From the NCBI GenBank assembly GCA_040768745.1, contig JAXGMI010000001.1:256001-320000 (forward strand): a stretch of DNA of 64,000 bases, given 5' to 3'. The notes under the pieces are model-generated. The model saw only the letters and a program-made list of their open reading frames with translations. It ran no database searches and was not told the DNA's origin. The stretch is from Desulfomicrobium sp. (GTDB taxonomy: Bacteria > Desulfobacterota > Desulfovibrionia > Desulfovibrionales > Desulfomicrobiaceae). Position 1 is the first letter of the stretch. Each line of letters begins with the position of its first letter. A program made the translations under genes and the position numbers. Below, piece by piece: positions 10,647 through 19,546 of the stretch.

Positions 10647-11460
10647 ATGGCTGGCGCAGGTGCTCCAGGATGAGGGCCGCCGCCCCGGCGTAGTCGCCGT
10701 CGAAATGGTGGGAGCCGGGCAGGGACCGGATCGTGGCCTCTTCGGGTGACAGATCCGCGCACAGGGAGGACGTTTCGTCGCGGCCCTGGACGCAGAGCAG
10801 GTGCACGGGCTGGATCCGGCGCACCTCGGGCAGCAGGGCGATGTCCCGGGCGGCCTCGTCGTCGTGGATCCAGTCGGAGACGTGGAACTCCAACTCCACG
10901 CTCCGGCTCGGGGCCAGCAGGGCGACCTGCCGGACCGTGCGGCGGAGGTCCGGCGGCAGGTTGGCGATCATGGGCGGCAGGGCGTCGGCCCCCAGGGAGA
11001 AGCCGACCAGGGAGAAGTCCTTCCCGCCCCAGGCCGCCAGGTAGTGGCGCATGATCCTGGCCAGGTCGGCCCCGGCGTCCTCGGGCGTGCGCCTGGTCCA
11101 GAAATATTTCATGGAGTCGAGGCCGATGACGCCGATGCCGTTCTTGGCCAGGATGGCCGCGATGTCCTTGTCGATGCCGGCCCAGCCGCCGTCGCCGGTG
11201 ACGAGGATGGCCAGGGTGCCTGTGGCCGGGTCCGAGGGGCGGACCTCGACCAGCGGCAGATCCCCCACTCCGCCGGGCCGGACCAGGGAAGGCTCCGGCC
11301 GCCTGGAGGCCGCCGCTTTCAGAGCCAGCGCCAGCCGGCCCCGCCACAGGGCCGGATCGGCGTACCCGTCAGCCCCCGGCAGGACGTGCAGCCCCACGCC
11401 GCGCATGCCCTGCACGAAGCCCCACACGTCGCCGGCGGCCATGAAAGGGTCCGCCTCGGC
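10645..11460 (-). pseudogene. virJ: AcvB/VirJ-family lysyl-PG hydrolase, N-terminally truncated
   Basis: TGDGGWAGIDK, GLDSMKYFW, GFSLGAD nucleophile elbow, LPGSHHFDGDY; no signal peptide, joins directly to truncated mprF. Confidence 0.75.
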
Positions 11461-13459
11461 CTGATGGCCGGGTAGCCCTCGGGCGGGACGACCTCGAACG
11501 TGCAGCCGTTCTTCTCCAGGTTGTTCTTCTTGTACCGCAGCCCCTGGCGGGACGCGCCGTTCAGGTGGAAGGACGGCAGGTCGACCAGGGCCTCCTCGCC
11601 GATCTTGAGGAGGTTCAGGCCCGTGTCCCAGAACAGGGGCAGGCGGCTCTGGGGGATGCCGTAGAACACGGGGCGGCCGCAGTGCCGGTCGCAGGCCTCA
11701 CGGAACTGCCAGATGAGTTCCGGGGCGTCCTCCTCGCGGCCCACGGGCGGGCCCATGGTCACCCAGGTTCGCCCCATGACGCCGAACATGAGGAAGGACT
11801 CGCGGCTCTGCGCGATCATGAACATCTTGTCGCCCAGCAGGGCCAGGTTCGCCCTGGTGTGCGGGCACGTGGCCGCGATCTCGCGGACCAGGGCCTCCTC
11901 CTCGGGGGTGACCGGGGCCGGGCGGTAGGGGGCCGGGGCCATGAGGCGCATGACCGCCAGGCACAGCCCGGCCGCCCCCGCGCCGACCCAGGCGCGGACC
12001 ACGTTGGGGATGGAGCCGTCGGTGGTGAAGTTCACCCAGAACTCGCCGGACTGTCCGGCGTGCCGGTAGGAATAGAGGGCCAGGCCGGTGGTGGCCGCCA
12101 GGACCAGGGCCATGGCCGCGATCCAGCCCGGCGTGAAGCGGTCCGAGAACAGGCTCGAGGACGCGAGAACCGCCTGCGGTTGGGCAGCACCAGGAGCAGG
12201 ACGCAACCCAGGATCAGGGCCTCCTCGTAGTCGCCGCCGCGCAGCAGGGCGGCCAGCATGCCCAGGGCCAGCATGACGACCGTCAGGTGGAAGGCCACGT
12301 CCAGGCGGCGCTGGATGCCGCGGGACAGGAAGAGCAGGAACATGCCCACGATGCTGCCCATCATGTGGGAGCCCCCGACCACAGGGCCGGGCAGGTGGCT
12401 GGTCACCAAGAGTAGGCGCGAGGCCAGGGCCGGGGTGGCGCCGGACAGCAGCAGCACCGCGCCGGCGGTGAAGGTCAGCACGGCCAGGGTCTGCGGCACC
12501 AGGGTCGCGCTCCAGCGGATGCCGGCGTGGACCAGCAGGCGCAGCACCGGCACGGTCTCGAACAGCTCCCGGACGGCCAGGGTCAGGGCGGCCAGGACCA
12601 GGGGCAGGAGGTAGTAGATGAAGCGGTAGGCCAGGAGGGCGGCGAAGAGCTGCCCGTTGTCCCCGTCCGGGGTCAGGAGCATGAAGGCCGTCTCGAAGAC
12701 CCCCACCCCTCCCGGCGCCTGGCTCATGACCCCGGCCAGCTGGGCCAGCATGAAGCGGATGAAGAAGGTCGTCAGGCCCGGATCGTCGGGCAGGAGGGCG
12801 TAGAGGATGAGGCCCGAGAGACCTCAGTCCAGCACGGAGAAGGCGACCTGCACAAGGGCCGTTTGCGTCCCCGGGGCCGGGATGTGGAAGCCGAGGATGG
12901 AGACCGGCTCGCGCCAGCGGGTGGAGGCCAGGACATAGAGCACGGGGATGGCGGCCAGGCCGGCGCCCAGGATGTCGCTGCCCAGGGCCAGGGTGCCGGC
13001 CGCCTCGGGGCTGAGGAGCAGGGCCAGGCCCCCCAGGCCCACCAGCCCCAGCCAGAGGCTGACGGTGGTGAAGATGGTGATGCGACCCACGTCGGCCGGG
13101 GTCAGACCCCAGGCGGAGTAGAGGCGGAACTTGATGGAGCTTCCGGACAGGAAGGAGAAGCCCAGGGTGTTGGCGAAGGCGTTGCCGATGAAGGACGAGA
13201 TGGCGATGCGCTTCAGGGGTTGCGGCACCCCGGCGTAGCGGCAGGCGAAATGCTCGTAGCCGGCCAGCACGGCGTAGTTGAGCACGGCCAGGGCCAGGGC
13301 CAGCAGCACGCTGCGGCCGGGCATGCCCGCCAGGGCGGCCTGGATCTGGCCGATGCTGACATGGCTGAGCTCCTGGCCCAGGAAGCGCGTGGCCGCGGCG
13401 ATGAGCATCACGGAGAGGACCGGACCCCAGAACGAGACGGAACGAAAACGCATGAACAA
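11461..13459 (-). pseudogene. mprF: MprF lysylphosphatidylglycerol flippase/synthase, inactivated
   Basis: PGGVGVFE, AYRFIYYLLP, LLLSGATP, ANLALLGDK, LLKIGEEALVDL; in-frame TGA at 12824-12826, frameshift near 12160, C-terminus missing after FEVVPPEGYPAI. Confidence 0.82.
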
Positions 13460-13832
13460 CGCTCCAGTGCGTCATCCGGCGTGAACGTCGGCGGATGGCG
13501 CCGGTATGTGCGAGATCTCTCGGGGATGAGAAGGGTCGATCCATTCCCGGGCCCGGGGGCTGGGGTCATGGGGGAGCTCGTTGCGCGCTCCCTCGGGGAT
13601 CGGGGGAAGTGCCCGACCCAGGGCATGCCCACATACGGACAGTCGGGGGATCTGTAAATGGGCGTCTTGAGGGCCGCCCGCCTTGACTGCGCGGGGCCCC
13701 GCGGGCCAGCATCCGGGAGACCCGGATCCGCTCCTGGCCCACTCGAAGTCCTGCTCCAGTTCGCGGGCCAGAAAATAGGGTCACGTCTTCCGTTGACGAA
13801 TCGCAGATCACGGGCAGGCGGGTGTGCGGCGC

Positions 13833-13870
13833 GAAAAGGCCCAGCAGCGATCAAATCGCGGCTGGGCCTT
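13833..13870 (-). terminator. Intrinsic terminator just downstream of the displaced tRNA 3' fragment
   Basis: Minus strand AAGGCCCAGCCGCGAT-TTG-ATCGCTGCTGGGCCTTTT. Confidence 0.65.
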
Positions 13871-13879
13871 GTGCTTGTG

Positions 13880-13896
13880 GGAGGCGAGACTCGAAC
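13880..13896. repeat. Distal att core (17-bp direct repeat of tRNA-Leu 3' part at 25481-25497)
   Basis: GGAGGCGAGACTCGAAC identical at both positions. Confidence 0.9.
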
Positions 13897-14031
13897 ATAA
13901 CGTCAACATTTTGTATTTACTTACTTTTCGAGCATTGCAAACGGGCACATGTATGCAAAATATACAAAAAATGCATATTTTTGAAATAAAACATGAATCA
14001 GGAAATTTTCGCCCGAAAATCGAAAAACTCA

Positions 14032-14340
14032 ATGAATGAGAATCTCACTTTGAGACACGAATCCAGGGTGGCGAGTGTCAGACGTGAAGGCCTGGCCGAG
14101 GTTGTGGACGGGGTGACGTCTGACGGGCGGGCGGGCTGGCCACGGGCATGGATTCGTGCTATGGCCGCGGCCATGACCTTGACCATCATCCTCGCGCTCG
14201 CTGCCGTTGTCGCTGTGAGCCTCAAAATTCACCATTCTCAGGCGCCTGTGTCCTGTCCATGGTGCGGTGCCCTGCAGTCGCGTTCCGCTCGTCGCTGTGC
14301 GGTTTGTGGCGGGGCCATGGGCCGGGCCTCCCGCGTATAA
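14032..14340 (+). CDS. Small single-TM protein with C-terminal zinc ribbon
   Basis: Hydrophobic TLTIILALAAVVAVSL then CPWCG...CAVCG; ends at a terminator; start uncertain. Confidence 0.5.
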   Translation: MNENLTLRHESRVASVRREGLAEVVDGVTSDGRAGWPRAWIRAMAAAMTLTIILALAAVVAVSLKIHHSQAPVSCPWCGALQSRSARRCAVCGGAMGRASRV

Positions 14341-14370
14341 AAAAAGAAACCCCGCCGGAGCGGGGTTCTT
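14341..14370. terminator. Hairpin terminator between convergent cargo genes
   Basis: AAAAAGAAACCCCGC-CGGA-GCGGGGTTCTT. Confidence 0.7.
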
Positions 14371-14490
14371 ATGGTTTGTATGCGGATCAGATTCTAATCG
14401 TGCACTTCGTGAATCTTGACATCTTTCATTCCCTGTTCGGCCAGTACATTCATATTAATCAGCGGTAAAACTATACTCCCGAATCCAGCA

Positions 14491-14988
14491 CTAGAAAGAA
14501 ATCCTGTTATAGCACTTCGCAATACATTTTGCTTCGCGGTTAGGTTTGAAAATTTTTTCAGGTACTGGAATTGAGCTACAGAATACTTTAATTGGCTTAC
14601 CTTGGATTTGTTCATATCCGCGCAACCACTTGTCACGAATGAAATTTTTTTGTTCCGAAGAATATTTTCGTCCCCGTATTTCATCAAGTAATCGATTGTA
14701 AACAGGTACGACCTCAGGGTGCAGGACATCGAAAAAGTTTTCCTCATTTAACCTGATAAAAGCATAAATCACAATACATGATTTGTCTTCATCCGAATTA
14801 TAGCTACCTGATTGGAGACTTTTTCTATACCATTTTTTGGCTTCGTCCTGCCCTTCAGGTTGTCGATGAAAAAAATAAACACCTTCCCCCCAAAGAGCAA
14901 ATGAACCGAGCCGAAAGCCAGACCTACTGATGCTTTCAGCCCTGCTTGCGGTTGTTCCATGGGCACCTTCAAGTTCAAGCATTGCCAT
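14491..14988 (-). CDS. AT-rich cargo protein with ADP-ribosyltransferase (PARP-like) N-terminal motifs
   Basis: AHGTT...AESI..SGF....LWGEGVYFF; may continue to 14394 in another frame. Confidence 0.55.
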   Translation of the reverse strand: MAMLELEGAHGTTASRAESISRSGFRLGSFALWGEGVYFFHRQPEGQDEAKKWYRKSLQSGSYNSDEDKSCIVIYAFIRLNEENFFDVLHPEVVPVYNRLLDEIRGRKYSSEQKNFIRDKWLRGYEQIQGKPIKVFCSSIPVPEKIFKPNREAKCIAKCYNRISF

Positions 14989-15195
14989 CCCGGCGGCGCT
15001 ATATCTATTTTGAAAAAAATGTAACCCCCTTGACTTCTGAAAAATCAAAAAATTGTCAGAAATCCAAAATCGCATTATCTTAAGTGCTCACGGAAGGGTC
15101 ACGCGCAACTTGCACCCCCTAGAAAAAATCGCCCGCGGGTGGAAACAGAGAAACCACCTCACGGCCCAGACTTCTAATCAGTACACCCCATAATC

Positions 15196-15232
15196 AAAAA
15201 ACCCGCCCCGGACGGCTCTCATCCGAGGCGGG
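15196..15232 (-). terminator. Terminator closing the capsid operon
   Basis: Minus strand CCCGCCTCGGA...TCCGGGGCGGG-TTTTTT. Confidence 0.7.
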
Positions 15233-15333
15233 CTCAAACCTCCACGCTTTGCTCCAAGCGCCGCGCCTTGGTTTGATGGTCCGGAGTAAACGGACATTCC
15301 AGCGCAGAACTGCAGGCCCGCGCAGGAAATTTC

Positions 15334-15801
15334 TTAGTCCACAATGACCGACGCGCCCACGCCGTAGCGAAGATCAGACAGCACGTAGTAGGCCTGGGTC
15401 AGGTTCAGCGCGTTGCTGGCCGCCGTCTTCACGGTCACGCAGTCGAACCCGCCGGCCACGTCCAGCGCGCTGGCGTCGATCTCGAACGCAACGAGCTTGT
15501 GCTTCAGGGTCGCCGAAGTCGTGAACTCCACGTCATCCGTCTGACGCACCCAAGCGTCACTCGTGGCCGCGTCGGCGACCAGGTAAATCGGCACGTCCAC
15601 GGCTAGGGGCTTGGAGCCGGTGCCGTCCACCTTCGTGGCCTGCTCGATCGTGATGGCCACGGGGTCGGCGTGACCCTGGGCGATGTCGACAACCACGGTC
15701 ACATGCCCGGCCTTTTTCAAGCTCACATAGTCGCCGGTGATGGCCGCCCCCGCTTGGGGGGCGATGGCCTCGACGATCTTCACTTTTTCAATCAGGTTCA
15801 T
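15334..15801 (-). CDS. Putative capsid decoration/cement protein
   Basis: Beta-rich 155 aa, strong GGAGG RBS, 9 bp after capsid stop; function inferred from position. Confidence 0.5.
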   Translation of the reverse strand: MNLIEKVKIVEAIAPQAGAAITGDYVSLKKAGHVTVVVDIAQGHADPVAITIEQATKVDGTGSKPLAVDVPIYLVADAATSDAWVRQTDDVEFTTSATLKHKLVAFEIDASALDVAGGFDCVTVKTAASNALNLTQAYYVLSDLRYGVGASVIVD

Positions 15802-15810
15802 GGCGTCCTC

Positions 15811-17094
15811 CTACTCGGTCCTTGCGGCCAGCATCACGAACGGAGAGAGCGTGTTGCTGCCGTTCAAGGGCGTGATGGGCTTATCGTGAAGCGGCTGGCC
15901 ATTGTTCCGCATGATGAACCGGAAGGCGGTTTCATCGGTCAGGAACTTCACATGGATGCTTTCCGCTTCCTCTACTCCGCCCTTGGTGATGAGCAGATAT
16001 TCCGACCAGTCGGCCAACACGATGTCACCGAGGCTGCCCAAGGTCGCGCAGAACTCCACCGGCACAATCGGCAAGCTGAACAGGGCGCCGAAGGGGTTGC
16101 CCCGGAAGTCGGGCGTATAGACGGGCTTGTCACCAATGGTCATGAGCGGGAACTGGGTCAGACAGTCCTGATTCACGAACCAGGCCGCGCTGCGCAGGTT
16201 GCCCCTGAAGCGGCCCATCATCTTCACCACGTTGGTCGCGTTGATGGTTCCCGCGGTCTGGCTGGTTTCCTTGGCCACGGTCACGGGAAGATCTGATTTC
16301 GTAACACCGAGGCACTGCCCCGCGCCGTTGCCTTCCCAGATTTCCTTATCCAGGCGGAAGGAAAGCTGCTGCCGAAGCACGCGCTTCGTATAGGCGGCCA
16401 TGGCGGGCGCGTCCCGGAGCATCCGGTTCGTGACGTAGACCAGACCGTAGAGGTCCTCGAGGCGCAATTCGCGCTCGTTCAACTTCGCCTTGCCACCGTC
16501 CTGCATCGTGTCGGCTTCGCCCTTTCTGTAGACGCTCACGCCGTTGATTTTGCCGTCGCTGCGGTCACGATCATCGGCCGCCAGGTAGGAATAGCTGTCC
16601 GCGTTCGGGCCGATGGGCTGGATGGAGCACCGGGAGGAAAAAACGCCAGTCTGGATGGCCGTTGTGGCGATGTCGGCGGCCTTGTCGGTCTCCACCAAAT
16701 AGCCACCCTCGGAAGGGGTGCCGGTGTTGCCGCCGGCAGCGTTCACGACCTGCTGGTAGCGCTCACGGGCCCGGGGAGCGCCGCGCCCGTCCAGGGTCAT
16801 CTCCATCACGTCCATCATCTGTTCGCCAAGGTTCTTGTAGGTCGCGGGCTGCCGGGTGATACTGACGTCACCATAAAAACCGTTGGCTTGGTTGGCCACG
16901 GCCAGGGCGTCGGCGGGGTCGGAGAGACCGTTCAACCGGCGATAGTTGGCCGCCTGCTGGGCTAACTTGTTTGCCTCATCCATGAGGGCGTCAAAGCGGG
17001 TCTGGTCGCCGGGGGTGAAGTCGTCTTTTTCCTGCAGGGCGCGGGCTTTGTCGAGGACCTGTTCCTGTCGCGCTAAAATCGTTTCAAGATGCAT
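15811..17094 (-). CDS. HK97-fold phage major capsid protein
   Basis: Helical delta-domain-like N-terminus, EGGYLV, GNGAGQCLGV, LFSLPIV..EFC..LG..GDIVLAD, F.TDETAFR; AAAGGAG RBS. Confidence 0.92.
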   Translation of the reverse strand: MHLETILARQEQVLDKARALQEKDDFTPGDQTRFDALMDEANKLAQQAANYRRLNGLSDPADALAVANQANGFYGDVSITRQPATYKNLGEQMMDVMEMTLDGRGAPRARERYQQVVNAAGGNTGTPSEGGYLVETDKAADIATTAIQTGVFSSRCSIQPIGPNADSYSYLAADDRDRSDGKINGVSVYRKGEADTMQDGGKAKLNERELRLEDLYGLVYVTNRMLRDAPAMAAYTKRVLRQQLSFRLDKEIWEGNGAGQCLGVTKSDLPVTVAKETSQTAGTINATNVVKMMGRFRGNLRSAAWFVNQDCLTQFPLMTIGDKPVYTPDFRGNPFGALFSLPIVPVEFCATLGSLGDIVLADWSEYLLITKGGVEEAESIHVKFLTDETAFRFIMRNNGQPLHDKPITPLNGSNTLSPFVMLAARTE

Positions 17095-17120
17095 TTTGGA
17101 CTCCTTTGATGTGAGGTGCG

Positions 17121-17807
17121 TTAAATTTTCGCTTGAAGGGCCGCGAGCTGCAGGGCGCGTTCGCGTCGTTCCCTGTCCTGACCAGATGCCTGTCCGGGCG
17201 TGAAAATCCTGTCCACGAATCCATGACGCTTTGCCTCTTCGGCCGTGAACCACGTCTCGGCGTCCATCCACGCGCGAATCTGCTTCTCATCCTTCCCGGT
17301 CCTGGCCCGGTAGGTCTGCACGATGTTGCCCGTGGTCTGGCGAAGCAGGGCCGCATAATCCAGCATCTCTAATTCACCGCCAGCGCAGACGCCCCACGCG
17401 TTGTGGATCATGAACGCGCCACCGGACGCCATTTCCACCTCGTTGGCAGCGATGGCCAGGCCCGTAGCTGCCGACGCGCAGAGCCCGTCAATATGGGCGA
17501 TGACATTGGCAGGATGCTGCGCAATGGCCGTGCGGATCGTCTCTGCGTCGAACACGGAACCGCCCGGAGAGTTGATGCGCAAATGGATGGTCTTGGCCTT
17601 GATGGCGGCGAACTCGGGAACCCATGTCTTGGGGTCAATGCCGTACCACGAGCCGATGGCGTCGTAGACGTAGACCGTGGCCGCACCTCGGGCCGCGTCG
17701 AAGACGGGAGCGGGGCTTGTCAGGACGGGCTTGCCGGCCTTCTGCCTGGCCAGTGCCTCGGACTCGGCCCGGGCCAGCAACTCACGCGCGGATAGCCGGG
17801 CGCTCAT
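17121..17807 (-). CDS. ClpP-type head maturation protease
   Basis: RINSPGGSVFDA, DGLCASAAT, FMIHNAW, ETWFTAEEA..GFVD; directly upstream of capsid. Confidence 0.9.
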   Translation of the reverse strand: MSARLSARELLARAESEALARQKAGKPVLTSPAPVFDAARGAATVYVYDAIGSWYGIDPKTWVPEFAAIKAKTIHLRINSPGGSVFDAETIRTAIAQHPANVIAHIDGLCASAATGLAIAANEVEMASGGAFMIHNAWGVCAGGELEMLDYAALLRQTTGNIVQTYRARTGKDEKQIRAWMDAETWFTAEEAKRHGFVDRIFTPGQASGQDRERRERALQLAALQAKI

Positions 17808-18016
17808 CGGGGGCCGCCTTGCGGGAGGCTATTCCCGCGCAGGTTGTGTTCCGTCAGGGCGCGGGCCAGGTCCGCCTCGGTCAACTGCCCGCGCTCCACC
17901 ATGAGCAGGAGAGCTTCGAGCAATTCACCCTGTGGCAGGCCAGCCTTGGCGGCCTCAACCTTCAGGCGCTTGGCCGTGTCCTGGCTCAGTCTGATTGTGT
18001 GTCTCGTTTTTTCCAT
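17804..18016 (-). CDS. Small ribbon-helix-helix-like DNA-binding protein
   Basis: RHTIRLSQDTAKRLKVEAAKAGLPQGELLEALL pattern; 4-bp overlap with protease start; alternative start 18028. Confidence 0.55.
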   Translation of the reverse strand: MEKTRHTIRLSQDTAKRLKVEAAKAGLPQGELLEALLLMVERGQLTEADLARALTEHNLRGNSLPQGGPR

Positions 18017-18054
18017 TTCGGTCTCCATGGGCAGACAATGCCGCCTAGTCAGAC

Positions 18055-18085
18055 AAAAAAACCCCTCGAACCTGTTCGCGGGGTC
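18055..18085 (-). terminator. Terminator separating early/regulatory genes from capsid operon
   Basis: Minus strand ACCCCGCGAAC-AG-GTTCGAGGGGT-TTTTTT. Confidence 0.65.
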
Positions 18086-18219
18086 TCCGGTCGCACCTAT
18101 CAAAAAAATCTATGCGAACCATGGCCCAAATCAGCCCTGATTTTGACGACACGAAAAAAAGAGAGGGCACGCCGGTCTTGGGCGGAAGGACGCCAAGATT
18201 CGCACTCCCCGGGCCTGGG

Positions 18220-18714
18220 TCAGGCCTGCGCGCCGCGCTGGAAGGCCAGCCGCACGCCCCTAACGTGCCGCTCCGTCACCGCGCACGCCCGGGCAATCTC
18301 CGCGTCCTTGCGCCCGGCCTTGAGCATGTCCTCAATGACCCGCCGCCCTACCTTGGCCTTCAGCCTGGGCCTGGATAACCCGAGGTCGCGCTTGACCTCG
18401 GCCACGAACCGCGCCGAAACGCCGACCTCGGCCGCGACCTCACGGATAGACGCGCCAGCCTCCAGCAGTTCGGCCACGCGGACCTTGCGGGGCTCCGGGC
18501 GGATGGCCACCGTGGGCAAGAGAATATCGAACCCGCCGTAGGCCTCGGAGAGGGCTGCAGCAGGCCCGGCGCCTATCAACTCCACCAGGGCCGGATGCGG
18601 CGCTCGCGCGCGGATGTACAGGGGCCGGGATGTCTTTTCCCTGAGCAGGATTGCGGCCGCTTCCTCGCCAACGGTTTCAACCAGCCTTGCGGCCGGCACC
18701 CAAACAGCGCCCAT
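18220..18714 (-). CDS. Mor/C-like transcriptional activator with two C-terminal HTH motifs
   Basis: LVETVGEEAA..L...LYI, LVELIG..AA.L...YGG..I.LP, GASIREVAAEVGVSARFV, GRKDAEIARACAVTERHV. Confidence 0.65.
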   Translation of the reverse strand: MGAVWVPAARLVETVGEEAAAILLREKTSRPLYIRARAPHPALVELIGAGPAAALSEAYGGFDILLPTVAIRPEPRKVRVAELLEAGASIREVAAEVGVSARFVAEVKRDLGLSRPRLKAKVGRRVIEDMLKAGRKDAEIARACAVTERHVRGVRLAFQRGAQA

Positions 18715-18715
18715 C

Positions 18716-19093
18716 TCACGCCTCCACCATGTTGCAGATTGACCAGGCAATCCCGGCCACGGATGGCGACCACCAGCACGCACCCTTCCCATGGTGCCGG
18801 CGCATGTCCGCCACCCACGCCTCGGCCTCGGTCCTGCTCATGGCCGGGAACGCCGCCGCGTGGGCCTGCAGGACGCCCCGGCACCTCTCCGCATGGTAGA
18901 GAGCCACCCGCAGCGCCCGCGCCTTCCTGGGGCACCAGGGGAGGCTTGCCAGGGGCAGCACCCACCCGCCGACTACTCGGAAGTGGATCTCGTTTTCCCT
19001 GGCCAGGGCCGCCAGGAAGGACAACTTCAAAAGCGTGCCCTTGTCGTCGGGGAGAGGTATTTGGGTAAAGGGGTCTGTCATCGTCTCGCCCAT
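18716..19093 (-). CDS. Hypothetical protein (satellite)
   Basis: Tightly packed co-oriented ORF; start 19093 or 19081. Confidence 0.5.
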   Translation of the reverse strand: MGETMTDPFTQIPLPDDKGTLLKLSFLAALARENEIHFRVVGGWVLPLASLPWCPRKARALRVALYHAERCRGVLQAHAAAFPAMSRTEAEAWVADMRRHHGKGACWWSPSVAGIAWSICNMVEA

Positions 19094-19443
19094 TCATGCC
19101 AAGCGCCGGGCACTGGAGCGCCAGCCCGTGGACGTGGTTTCCGCCTGCCCCATTGATAATCGCCCGTGTCGCCCTCGATGCGGAACGTGGTCAGCGTGCG
19201 CAAGGCTACGGCCTCAACCGCGTTGAAAACCGGGTCGCAGGGTTCCGGCGTGATGTGACACTCAATTTCGGCAACGGATGCGTTCGAGTCATACCAGACG
19301 GCTGAAACGTATTTCGCCACGCCTTGCGTTTTCGCCAAGTCGGCAAAGTCGATCATCTCTCTGATCTCGTTCAGCCGACCGTGGCGGGTAAGTAGCGTGA
19401 TTCCGTGCACGAGTAGCGCGCCTTCGACTTCGAATTTTTCCAT
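19078..19443 (-). CDS. Hypothetical protein (satellite)
   Basis: AGGAGAAGG RBS, protein-like composition. Confidence 0.55.
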   Translation of the reverse strand: MEKFEVEGALLVHGITLLTRHGRLNEIREMIDFADLAKTQGVAKYVSAVWYDSNASVAEIECHITPEPCDPVFNAVEAVALRTLTTFRIEGDTGDYQWGRRKPRPRAGAPVPGAWHEWARR

Positions 19444-19546
19444 GTTCCTTCTCCTATCATGCCGGTGCGGTCACGCCGCCCGTGAAGGTTTTCGCCATGG
19501 AGGGAGAGATTTTTTCTTTTTCTTCCCCTGGCCAGTTGCCCCGACG

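Noticed and set aside
12824..12826. Selenocysteine or recoded TGA in mprF
   Set aside because: Position corresponds to an expected Trp in a TM segment, and the gene has other lesions
13515..13652. Repeated TCGGGGAT motifs upstream of mprF
   Set aside because: Short, irregularly spaced and G-rich; could be chance
13951..13960. GTATGCAAAA shared with 25345-25354 as integrase arm sites
   Set aside because: 10-bp AT-rich match; plausible but too short to support
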